DNA of 64,000 nucleotides from Octopus sinensis. Taxonomy: Eukaryota. The notes under the pieces were generated by a model. It was not told the origin of the DNA, made no database searches, and worked only from the letters and a program-made list of their open reading frames with translations. The stretch spans positions 91,884,001-91,948,000 of the forward strand of contig NC_043001.1 of NCBI RefSeq assembly GCF_006345805.1, in the 5' to 3' direction. Below are positions 25,296 through 35,830 of this stretch, in pieces. A program made the position numbers and the translations under genes. Each line of letters begins with the position of its first letter. Within the stretch, counting starts at the first letter, position 1.

Positions 25296-28200
25296 GTAGT
25301 AGTAGTAACTGTCCTTTTGGTATGCATTTCTATCTGATCTCTGCAGCTTACTAGAGCAAAGTATTGAACAGAGTTCTGTAAAAGTTAATTTGAACTGAGT
25401 CATCTGACACTGAATACCATCCTTTCAGTTTTATTGATGTAACAGGACATAATTGTTACATAGTAGCCACTTCTAACTTCAAACTGGCTTCCGATTTTTT
25501 TTCCTGAGTCATTAGTTTAATAGGATGTTACTTCATTGATTGAATGCACAGCCTGTTAATCTGTTGCTCAGAGATATATAAATATAAATTTGAGATATGT
25601 ATATAATAAATTAGTTATGATCTTGTTGTTATTGCCTTGTCAATAAATTATCTACTTGCTAAGAGCTTTCAAAGATGCATGGTGTAAGGCATCTCTTACA
25701 TGACAAAAAGGTAAAGGTTTGGGGGCTGGGAAGGCATCAGGTTACAAAACAACTCCTTGATAATTATTTACATTATTTACATTCGATGGATATTTCTCCT
25801 CATCTTGTTTGTTGTTAACACAACATTTCCCCAAGACACCTGAAGAAGGCTGGAGGGTATATCAGCCGAAATGTTGTGTTAACAACAAACAAGATGAGGA
25901 CAAATATCTGTTGAATGTAAATAATGTAAATAATGTACATACTTCCTCATCTCTTAAATATAGAACTGTAACACCTTGATAATATATCTGTTTATGGTTA
26001 GCAGCAGGAAAAGCAACTTGCTGTAAACAATGCCTCGACAATATACTTATCTAACCCATGCTATAATAGAAAAACGTATATAAAGTGGAATCTTGAGAAG
26101 ACTGATGTTTCTTCATTCCTAATATCTTCATATTCTGACAAAAACAAAAGTAAGAAAATAAAGAAAAAGCTTACTGTAAACTTCAGTTTTAAATCATTAA
26201 CAGTTTTAGTTGAAGTCTTTAGTATGTTGTTTTAGACGAAGACACTGTACAGACAATATTAAAAGAATGAAGCTTAGAATTTAATGGCTTATAGTATTTG
26301 CTAGCTCTAGGGAGCAGGAACTGTTGTAGCAATTATAGAAATGACAAAGAGCTTATACAGAATTATTTATGTGGGAGTGATTACGTTAATGTGTTAAGGA
26401 GTGTAGGTTTGCTAATCAGTCAGATTTGGATGTTAGTGTAAGAGCTGCTACATCCCTGATAGGTTAGTTGTAGAGTTGTGTATGATTCACTTATATTTTA
26501 TGAAAGAGTTGTAGCTGTTCTCAGCTAGAATAGTTACTGGTTTTGAAGAGAAAGTCTATCTTTGGAGATACACTTTTTACATTTGGCAGATGTATGTGAT
26601 TATTATGAGAAATTGCAATTGTACAAAAGTCTAATTGACTTGGTATTGAGTACTTCACTGACAAGTTTGTGGGAAAGGTGTTTTAGTGGGGTTTTATTTT
26701 TTAGCAACTGTACTGGTTCTGCTACCCTTTGCTATTAAACTCTTTAATGATAACTGTAGACAAGTATCTACTTATGTGTTTCATAAATAATTTAAATATA
26801 AACTTGAGTAGCTATTGTCATCTTTTCCTGAAACTATGATTATAAAATTATCAACACAATAGCTTACACTATCATCAAACAGTCTGAGAGACAATTCTAA
26901 AAGTACTGTAAAATATTATTGTCTCCCAAAATTTATACATTCACACATGCATCAATCATCATCATCCTCACCACCACCACCACTACAAATTCTTTCAGAC
27001 AGAATTTGTTCAGGCAGATTTTCTATGATTGGATGCCCTTCTTCTTGCCGACATTAATCCGTTTTCAAGCAAGGTTATCTCTCATGGTCAGATATTTTCT
27101 CCATGGAAGATTGGAAATAAACAACCTCACTTGTCTGGTGGTGATGCTCGTTTACAGCTGCAATATGATGTCAGAGAGAAAATGTATTTTATCTGTTTTC
27201 TTTCTTCATTTCTTTCTGTAGAAGAGCATAGGCTCAAAATGTCGAAATCTTTTCTATTTTTCCTGAGCATCAAACTAATACACCTTGTTCATTGTCCCTT
27301 CACCTGTCTCTGTCTTTTTTTTCTTTTTGTACAACTTGAACCATATATATAATGTATAACAGACTTCTTCTAGTTTCTGTCTTACAAATCCACTCACAAA
27401 GCTTTGGTTGGCCTAGGGGTATAGTAGAAGACAGTGGGACTAAATTTACGACCACATGGCTGAAAAGCAGGCTTTTTAACCACACAGACACAGCAGCATA
27501 CAAAAAAATTGCTTCCATGAATTATGTACAATGCTGTATGTTCAAAAGAGGAAAAAACTATATAAATTATTATTTAATACATAAATTAAAATTTAAAAAC
27601 AATTTAATAATTTTGCACTTGCTTTTATTAACATGATTACTTTTTTTTTTTATTTCAGAAGAAAGTCCTGACAAAATCTGTGGCATGACGTTCCAACAAT
27701 TAATGTCGCATATTCCAGGTAAGGGAATATTCTATATCACCAGTGATTAAAGAACAATTTTGTTTAGTCTCTAGAACACTGATCCTTTAATTAGAAAAAA
27801 GATGATCAGTGTTAATTATGTTGGTTTCATGCATTGTTTTGCTCCTTATATTTGCTTATTGTGTATTATAGATTTAATATAGAGTTATAATTTTAAAAAT
27901 TTTTGTTCCAAGATGATGTTGCTATGTTACTGCTTACTAGACTACCTAAAAATAGCAGCTATACCTCACTCAAATTCTAACCTACGATCTTGATTTAGGA
28001 AAGGATAATCCTTTCTATTATAGGCACAAGGCCCAAAATTTTGGGGGAGGGGACTAGTTGATTACAGCAACTCCAGAATTTTGGTGGTGCTTAATTAATT
28101 TATTGACCCTGAAAAGATGAAAGGCAAAGTTGACTTCAGTGGAATTTGAACTCAGAATGTAGCGATGGGCGAAATATCGCTAAGCATTTCATCCAGCGTG

Positions 28201-29701
28201 CTACATTCTTCATTCTGTAACTGTATTTCGGGGATTCATGAAGATGCTCTTTTTAAGACTTCTTTATATCTAATATGAGAATGAATTGGTATACAGGCCC
28301 GTTATGAAGATAAGAAAGTATGTGTTTCAGTGAATAAAATTACTGAAAGATTTATTGCTACTGAGAAGGGATATCCCTGTAAAATACTTGTTCTATGCAT
28401 TAAGTCAGCAAAATGTCCCATTCATTTGTTAGTAACTCAATCTTAGGTTTCATACTTTGTATCATTTACTAAATATTGACTTGTTTTAGTCTGCCACTCA
28501 TTGAATTTCATAACAAAAGGTGGGTGTAATCAAATGGAGTAATCCTGTGGCGGCGAGCTAGCAGAATCGTTAGCACACCGGGCGAAATGCGTAGCTGTAT
28601 TTTGTCTGCCGTTACGTTCTGAGTTCAAATTCCGCCGAGGTTGACTTTGCCTGTCATCCTTTTGGGCTTGATAAATAAAGTACCAGTTACGCACTGGAGT
28701 TGATGTAATCGACTTAATCCCTTTGTCTGTCCTTGTTTACCCCCTCTATGTTTAGCCCTTTGTGGGCAATAAAGAAATATATTTCTCATTTATTCCTGAA
28801 GAGATGAAAATTTAGATGCATGAGGGAGTTAAACATACTCTATAGAGAGACAAAACTAAACATTGTAGAACATTTAGATCAACATTTAATTAGATTTGCA
28901 AGCTTTCCAACCCCTTCTCTTTGTTTAATCTAAGATTAATGCTATTTATGAAGTCATAATCTGTTGTTATCTTTTCTTTAATTTAATTCTCTAATGTTCA
29001 TATTTTAAATAATATTTATGTTATTTTTCCTTTTTTTCTTTTCAATTATAGAGTCTGGACATATTCAGTTATGGCAATTCCTAATTAAGCTTCTGTGTGA
29101 CAAAACAAACAATAATTGCATTCGTTGGGAAGGAGATGAAGGTCATTTCACTATTCTGAACCAAGAAGAGTTAGCTAAGCGATGGGGTGAACGTAAGCGA
29201 CGTAAACAGATGACTTATGAGAAACTCTCCCGTGCAATTCGGTATTATTATGATAAAAACTATGTACATAAAATTCATGGAAAGAAAGCAACTTATAAAT
29301 TTAATTTTGATGAGTTGCTGAAATCATCGAGCCGTCCAAGCCATCAGTCAAAGAATAAGGAAACTGATGAATCAACAACCATGGTTCAGTCATATGATAT
29401 TTCGAGTTTCCCTGCCACAATGCCTGTAACACCAGCTTCTTCATCGTCTCCTTCTTCATCGATGCAAAGTACTTCATCAGGTATAGTTTTCAATAGTAAA
29501 AGACCACTGAATACATCCTCTCCCTATGGCTCCGAGTTACCTGAGTATTCACCACCTCTGACCAGCAAGAAACAAAAATTACCCTATATTCCAAATATGT
29601 CGCAGCCTTGTTACAGCCTGGAGCAACATTTCAATCAGAATAGTCCCTATCTAGATGCATCAAGCCTTTTCAATGAAGAGAATACACAAACTTACTATTG
29701 A
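11755..29701 (+). CDS. ETS-domain transcription factor (class I, divergent ERG/FEV/ETV2-like), 9 coding exons, about 474 aa
   Basis: Join 11755-12007, 13579-13665, 15565-15618, 18212-18250, 19528-19581, 20542-20595, 21211-21384, 27659-27718, 29052-29701 = 1425 nt, open throughout, all GT-AG. The last exon encodes a complete ETS domain. The start codon is inferred; the frame is open from the acceptor at 11687. Confidence 0.8.
13579..13665 (+). CDS. ETS gene exon B (87 nt, phase 1-1)
   Basis: TATTGCAG| ... T|GTAAGT. Encodes (S)VFTNLTSVSSFSSSVKSENRPGLDCQIQ. Confidence 0.75.
15565..15618 (+). CDS. ETS gene exon C (54 nt, phase 1-1)
   Basis: TTCTTCTTTTGTCATTCTAG| ... CAG|GTACTA. Encodes (C)SNCSIGQTPDWYSNSVP. 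Confidence 0.65.
16248..16658 (+). mobile_element. SINE family B, full length (ETS intron)
   Basis: Same consensus as 8189. Confidence 0.85.
17440..17475 (-). ncRNA. Minimal hammerhead-like motif with variant core CUGUAGA
   Basis: Minus strand: CTTT CTGTAGA a GAGC gtaa GCTC GAA A CG T A / AAAG. Lies in a TA-adjacent pLTR-like repeat (about 17349-17525). Confidence 0.6.
18212..18250 (+). CDS. ETS gene exon D (39 nt, phase 1-1)
   Basis: Long pyrimidine tract ...CACAACAG| ... T|GTAAGT. Encodes (E)PVCYMSLESIMP. Confidence 0.7.
19528..19581 (+). CDS. ETS gene exon E (54 nt, phase 1-1; tandem CAGCAG acceptor)
   Basis: TTTCTCTTCCACAG|CAG ... A|GTAAGT. Encodes (S)ARSTNSSPASTTGSFAP. Confidence 0.75.
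20542..20595 (+). CDS. ETS gene exon F (54 nt, phase 1-1)
   Basis: CTATCTTTTTCAG| ... A|GTAAGT. Encodes (T)YNSYPPSMASNPSFFDP. Confidence 0.75.
21006..21167 (-). mobile_element. SINE family B 5' half (ETS intron)
   Basis: Reverse complement of the B head up to the TA tract. Confidence 0.8.
21211..21384 (+). CDS. ETS gene exon G (174 nt, Asn-rich, phase 1-1)
   Basis: Poly-T tract TTTGCTACAG| ... G|GTAAGT. Encodes (T)STSRCTPSPSYENNNGSNVNNNHN...NKKQRSCKKIS. Confidence 0.8.
21790..21960 (+). mobile_element. Repeat family E fragment (GGTTGG..AGGAAGGGCATCCAGC body, (GAT)n tail)
   Basis: Related fragments at about 17030-17210 (+) and 10775-10890 (-). The motif resembles RTE-derived non-autonomous elements (from recall). 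Confidence 0.45.
22352..22609. repeat. Foldback element: about 90-bp inverted arms with 80-bp AT-rich spacer
   Basis: ATACAAATTAG(C/A)GATAAAACCACTATTATGCAACTCA..GTGATAGACATAAACCAATACATAAATAACAAATAATATA is repeated inverted at 22520-22609. Confidence 0.75.
25059..25258 (-). mobile_element. SINE family A monomer within (AAT)n
   Basis: Full copy flanked by (AAT)n on both sides; a partial copy at 24954-25038. Confidence 0.8.
25764..25969 (+). mobile_element. PLE pLTR-only insertion with inverted duplication
   Basis: 66-bp inverted arms (25763-25828 and 25869-25934). TSD AACTCCTTGATAA (25751) / AACACCTTGATAA (25970). Confidence 0.75.
25835..25880 (+). ncRNA. Minimal type I hammerhead ribozyme (stem III probably CpG-decayed)
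   Basis: GACAC CTGAAGA a GGCTG gagggtatat CAGCC GAA A TG T T / GTGTT. The ATGT of stem III is probably from ACGT. Confidence 0.7.
27659..27718 (+). CDS. ETS gene exon H (60 nt, phase 1-1)
   Basis: T-tract TATTTCAG| ... CAG|GTAAGG. Encodes (E)ESPDKICGMTFQQLMSHIP, leading directly into ESGHIQLWQFL. Confidence 0.85.
28006..28202 (-). mobile_element. SINE family A monomer, short tail
   Basis: Reverse complement of the A body and tail; inverted relative to 28549. Confidence 0.8.
28549..28779 (+). mobile_element. SINE family A monomer, long tail
   Basis: Head plus body ending GCCCTTTGTGGGCAATAAAGAAATA; in the last ETS intron. Confidence 0.85.
29052..29701 (+). CDS. ETS gene terminal exon: ETS DNA-binding domain plus Ser/Pro-rich C-terminal tail
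   Basis: GHIQLWQFLIKLL..CIRWEG..LAKRWGERKRRKQMTYEKLSRAIRYYYDKNYVHKIHGKKATYKFNF has the three conserved Trp and the two Arg of the recognition helix. Acceptor TTCAATTATAG| ends at 29051. Confidence 0.95.
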
Positions 29702-31470
29702 CTCGGAACCTGAAAATGAACTTTGGCTAATGAATTCTGGAAACTTGTAACTCACTACCAGTATGTCTTTTGGTATGGAATACTGGTTTAAAGGGCTGGA
29801 GGTTATAGCCAGCTATGGTGAAAACAAAAATACGAAGAAAGGAATTGTGATGTATGCAAGAAAAGTAGAACTTTTCATGATATCCAACTGTGGATAGTAA
29901 AGTATCTGCTATTTACTTTGCTCAATGAAAACCACTTGTTTCATTTATGATATTTGTCAAGTCATTAATGAAATAAGCTTAATGAGTTAAAAGCATCTGA
30001 CTCTTGTTGGACATTTCGAAGAGTACTATTATATTAATGTTGTAAGTTCAAACACTGCCATACATTTCTTTTGTAAAAGAGTTTGTTTGTAAACCAATAG
30101 AAAAATGGTTGTTATAAAATGATTTATTGAGGGGAAAAAATTAGAAAAAAAAAGGAAACCATGTAAACTATTTTTAGATAACCTAAAAATTGTTTACTTA
30201 AGGAAGATAAACGTACACTGCTGAGCATCATTGCATAAGTGTATTTATGTTCAGAAAGTTCATATATATAATTTGAAAATATCAATTTGAATGACTCTGG
30301 ACTTGTGATAAGCAATATAAGTTTATTCTATCCTGAGGACTAAGCAAACTTACTTTTTTATCCAACACCAACATATTTTGCTGCCGTTTTCTATATTTAC
30401 TAGGAAATTACTCGATTTTTGTATGTTATCTGAAATAAAGATGGGACGGGAACCCCAAAGAGTAACTCCTATTTTTCCAACAAATTGTGCCTTTTGTCAA
30501 GCAAATGTTGAACCAGATGGCAGTGCTATGTGTTCTGAGATATAATATCCATGCTTTCATGAGCACATGTTCTATCGAAGATAAACCAGTTGTTTTTCTG
30601 TTTCTCTACATGCCACTTACTGAAAATCTGAAGCTGACAATTATGTACATACGACTATGTGAGTGTTTATATGTGTGTATGAATGCATCTGTTTGCAAGT
30701 ATTTGAATGTTTGTGTTTTTTTTTTTATGGTTAAGTGTATTTATATGCATTTATTTTTTTATACAATTGTATGTGTACTGTTTATTCTCTTATCAGATTG
30801 TATCTGTGTCAGAAAAAAAGATTATTGGTTAATGTTTTTATATTTTCATGATAAAATAGTAATTAACAATTGAATTTTTTTAACAAATTCCGATTTATTT
30901 AAAGAAAGTAAAACCGAAAAAAAATATGAGTCATTTTTTAATTATTTTTTTAATTAAATGTTGTCCATGTTGGATTGTTTATGCCAGCTGTAGGTTAATT
31001 AATTCCTGCTCTAATTGCAGTCAAAAATGTAGATACATTATTTGATTATGGTAAGCAATTAAATAGAACCTGTTAGATTGCTGGACGATCATGCTAGCAG
31101 CTGAGTTGATTTCTCTAATTCCACAATTGAAAACAGCTTACCAGATATTTATAACAATCTATATTTATACTGACCTTAATATTTATCATGTCCAGATCAA
31201 ATTATCTTGTTATATTTGGATATAACATTTGTTGCATCCTTAATTGCAAAGAATGTTAGATTTATCCAATATCATTTAATTTATAATCTTTTCTTTTTTT
31301 ACTCGGTATTTGAGCAATGTTCTAATAGTAAGTCTTGCAGTTACTGTTAAACATTAGCATCCTGTTATTCTGAAGCTGTGATTGTCCAAACAATTGTGAT
31401 GTTCTGCAATTGTGATACCTCTGCTGATTTCATTGTTTCTTATACAGCTTCAGCTTGAGTGAAAATAAAA
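29702..31470 (+). other. Probable long 3'UTR of the ETS gene with AATAAA signals at 30434 and 31464
   Basis: About 1.8 kb of AT-rich, SINE-free unique sequence after the stop, ending at a microsatellite block. The true end is unknown. Confidence 0.45.
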
Positions 31471-31509
31471 AAAAAGAATTATACAAATTACTTTTATCTG
31501 CTCTCTTAC

Positions 31510-31560
31510 ATGCATGCATACACACTCACACACATATATGTCCATGCATATACATATACA

Positions 31561-31607
<47 letters not shown>

Positions 31608-31656
31608 GTATATGTGTCTGTGTGTGTATGTATATATATATGTATGCATATATATA

Positions 31657-31703
<47 letters not shown>

Positions 31704-31753
31704 TACACACATATATATGTATACATATGTAAGAATATATATATCTGTGTGTG

Positions 31754-31795
<42 letters not shown>

Positions 31796-32260
31796 TGTAT
31801 GTATATATATATGCATTTATGTATATATAATACATACATATGTATATGTACATACATACATATATATATAATGTATATATACATATGTGTATATATATAT
31901 ATATAATGTATATGTACATATGTGTATATATATATATATGTAATGTATATACACATATGTGTGTATATATATGTATATACATACATATCTATTTATATAC
32001 ATACACGTGTATATATGTATATGAATATGTATGTGTATATATATGTGTATATATATATATATGTGTGTGTGTGTGTATGTGTGTATACATATGTATATAC
32101 ATACATAAGTATATATTATACATTTGTGTATATGTATATATATGTATACATATGTATATGTGTGTGTGTGTATATATATATACACACACACACACACACA
32201 GTATATATTCATATGTACTCATAAATACATGCACACATACCCACCCACACACACACCTTT
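31510..32260. repeat. Degenerate (TA)/(TG)/(CA) microsatellite block
   Basis: Read directly; source of many spurious YIYI ORFs. Confidence 0.95.
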
Positions 32261-32880
32261 CTTCTCTGTGCCTGCATGTTATTCAATCGTCTTCCTACAT
32301 TTGATCTCGGCTAAACATTCAACATGCTGGAAAAGACAACTGTGAGAAAAGAAAAGACAAAAAAAAAATAACTAACAAAAATAACTATTTTAAATGATCA
32401 GCAACAAAGAAAAAGAAAAATCAACCATTTTGGGAAAGTTGATTTTTATATAAAAAATACCATTCTATTTTATATATTTCCATTTTTTGTATCATGTGAT
32501 GTCAAAAATATTTTCCTTTCATTCGAAATGGATAAATTATAAAGAATGGATTATAAAAAAATCAATACATGGGGAAAATTATAACATATTTTTGTATATA
32601 AATCATTGTATAAAGAAAAAAATCCCAGAACAATCAAAATTATTGTAGAAAAACCTTCTTTAAGGAATAAAATAAATCTGTAACAAAGTTCATTGGAGTT
32701 TTTTCCTTTTTTTTTTTTTGTGAATTGTTTTATTTCTTGGATCTTTTGAATATTCTTCCAGCCACTTGATTATTTTAAATTTTCACCAGACTCTTTCTCT
32801 TTTTTCTTTTTGCATTTTCTTCATTGATATAGCTTTGCATTGTGATGATGAAAATTACATTTCCTTTTCCTCTTCTACTC

Positions 32881-33265
32881 TCTTTTACTCGTTTCAGTCA
32901 TTTGACTGTGGCCATGCTGGAGCACCGCCTTTAGTCGAGGAAATCGACCCCAGGACTTATTCTTTGTAAGCCTAGTACTTATGCTATCGGTCTCTTTTGC
33001 TGAACTGCTAAGTTACGGGGATGTAAACACACCAGCATCGGTTGTCAAGCGATGTTGGGGGGTGACAAACATATACACACACATATACATATACATATAT
33101 TCAACAGGCTTCTTTCAGTTTCACTCTACCAAATCCACTCACAAGGATTTGGTCAGCCCGAGGCTGTAGTAGAAGACATTTGCCCAAGGTGCCACGCAGT
33201 GGGACTGAATCCAGAACCATATGGTTGGTAAGCAAGCTACTTACCACACAGCCACTCCTATGCCT
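32881..33265 (-). mobile_element. SINE family B, full length
   Basis: Reverse complement of the 8189 consensus. Confidence 0.85.
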
Positions 33266-33644
33266 ACACTGTTCATTTACTTTATGCAAGAACTATAGAA
33301 TGTCATTTTGTTATTTTGAACTAGTATTGCTTCTGTTGCCAATAAAAAGTTTTTACCCAATATGTCGGCGATTTGCGATACCAGTGATTTGTTGATGCCT
33401 CTTTTTCTATATCAGTAGCTGCAAAATTTGTCTAAGCATGCTGTTGAATACTTGCAACTGATAATGCTCTAAGAAGTGGGAATCTAGATTTAGTAATTCC
33501 ACTATCGCTGCTGGACGCTTTTTATCTGCTTTTGACATACTTCTGTGATTTTTGATATTATATGTCTATATGAAGTGCTTTCTCGAGGCGAATACCATTC
33601 TTGTTTGGTTTTTACAGTGTATCTACATTAAGTATGATCAAAAG

Positions 33645-33790
33645 CAAAAAACAAAAGACAGAGAGAGGTGAGGGAACAACCAAACAAATTATATTAGTTT
33701 AACGATCAAGAAGAATGGAAGTATCTTTGACGTTTCATGCCTATGCTCTTATGCAGAAATGAATGAAGAGAGAAAACCAATATGTGTTTA
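33645..33790 (-). mobile_element. Third, degenerate copy of the variant-hammerhead pLTR family
   Basis: Shares AAAACAAAAGAC..AGGTGAGGGAACAAC..ATTAGTTTAACG. The motif at 33725-33760 has decayed (CTGCATA a GAGC atag GCAT GAAACGTC AAAG). Confidence 0.55.
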
Positions 33791-34329
33791 TGAATTTACA
33801 AACCACGATGAACTTCCATCTCGGTGCTATAGCAGAAGGCACTTATCTAAGATGCCATGAAGTGCGCTTGAACTTGAAACCGTGTAGTTGTTAAGCGAAC
33901 TTCTCAACCACAATGTATATCCCTATAAGAGAGACAGATGGAAATGAACAGAACGGCTTCACTCTAAAGACCTTGCTCTTCCTCTGACTTGTAGATAAAG
34001 AAATAGTTGATTTAATCAGCCCTTGTCTAGTACTTATTATATCGGCTTCACAGTGATAGAAGGTAAATTCGCTCCTAGTAAAATTTAAACTCACAATTTT
34101 TGCTCCTTGATCCTACATTTTTCAAAACTTGATTCCGTCTGTAATATAGTTTCAAGAGTTGGCACAAGGTCAGCAATTTTAAGGGGAAGGGTAAGTTGAA
34201 TGCATCGACCTCAGTACTTTACTGGTATTTATTTTATCATCACCAAAAAGGATGAAAAGCAAAGCTGACGTCGGTGGAATTTGAACCCAGAACGTAAAGA
34301 GCTAGATGAAACGCTGCTAAGCCAAAGTT

Positions 34330-35830
34330 ATGTGGCAACAACTAGTAGAGGAATAGATGTTGACGCTTTGGAGGTTCGTGAAGTAAAAGTTGAGTCGAGG
34401 AAGCTGAAAGAATGTGAGAAACTATTAAAAAAGGAGGGAAACACGTTAAAATTAACGCCGCCTGAGAAACTCACAAGCAGTGTAACCAAGAGAACAGTCA
34501 TTTTTAAAACGCTAAAGGTATCAAGCAAGAAGATTGAAATAGCAACGATTGAAGCTATTGAGGGATACTTGAAAGAGATAAAGAAACTAACGACGTTTAT
34601 TACAAGAGGAAAGAAGTATGACGCAGTGGAGGTGCGTTTCGCGACGGAAAATGAAGCGTTCCACTGAAACTATAAGAACGGAAGAATGGGTACTTTTGCC
34701 GACGTACTGTAGCAAGCGTGTTGCCAGGGTGAGAGTCGGCAAAGTACCCCCAGAAATAAAGGAAACATGGCTGATGGCAGCCATAGTGTTTAATATGGAA
34801 GAGGAAGCCAAAATACTCAAGGCGACGAGAACCTAAAGGTTGAATTGTTGGGGGTGTGGCATAGAGATGGCCATACAAGCGAGTTTGGAAGATCTAAACA
34901 GAATTGCAGAGGAAATTGTTTTTCTCGAGGATATAAGGCTGAGAGTGGTGGTGGAGGGTAGGCCTCCCATATGCTACTTATGTAGAGAGAAAGGCCACAT
35001 GAAGGTGATAGTGCCCACAGAGAGAAAAGGAACAACAGATGAAACAGACTGAGGAGCAGGAGAGTGTGGACCAAGTGGTGCACGACGATGTAAAGGAGAC
35101 GGCAAGAACAGAGGAATTCACGGTAGTCAAAAAGAGAAAGAGAAGTGAAAGAGTGAGCTCTCCACCAGAAAAAGAGAAAAGAAGTGGTTAAGGAGGTAGA
35201 GAAAGAGGTTGAGAATAAAGTCGAAAAGGAAGAAGGTAAGAGGATGGTTGACAAGGAGATTGAAAAGGAGCTTGAAGAGGAGCTCGAGGAGGGGTTTCAG
35301 AAAGAGGAGACCGCAGCAAAGACACTGGTTATACCAGTGGAGGAGAAAGATTTAGGCAAACAACAGCATGAAGGTGAAATGGCGACCCTGTTCAGAGTGG
35401 AGGAAGATAAGGAAAAAGAAAAGGTACTAAAAGTAGAGCAAGGAAAAGGAAAACAAATAAGAAAGGCAAAAAAGCACAGGTGGAATTTTGAAACATACGC
35501 AAAGAACACAGAAACTGAGAGAAAAATAATGAAATTTAAATCCATTATAAGGGTGAAGTTACCCACTGATATCTATTCGGAAAATGTGAAGGCTATTGTA
35601 GTCGATAAGGAGGGATATAATAGGCTGCAAGACATGTGTGGAAGTGGCATTCATCCGCAAGGAGTTGTGGTGGAATTTGATGAATTGCCGCCAGATTAAA
35701 AAGAACTTGAAATCTTTATGAAACATGAAAAAAGTAAAAAAAAAAAAAAAATGTAAGTAAAATTGTTTTATTTAAAAAAAGAGAAAAAAACCGATGATAA
35801 TGAAAAAAAAACAAAGAAAAAAGAACAATT
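34330..35830 (+). mobile_element. ORF1-only L1/Tx1-type retroelement relic with poly(A) tail
   Basis: Disrupted ORF1 (2 frameshifts, in-frame stops): RRM-like region, VVVEGRPPICYLCREKGHMK zinc knuckle, E/K-rich region, C-terminal domain ending 35699. A-rich tail follows; no ORF2. Confidence 0.7.

Noticed and set aside
29018-29051. ORF-track start MLFFLFFFSII for the ETS ORF
   Set aside because: It is the intronic polypyrimidine tract; the exon starts at 29052.
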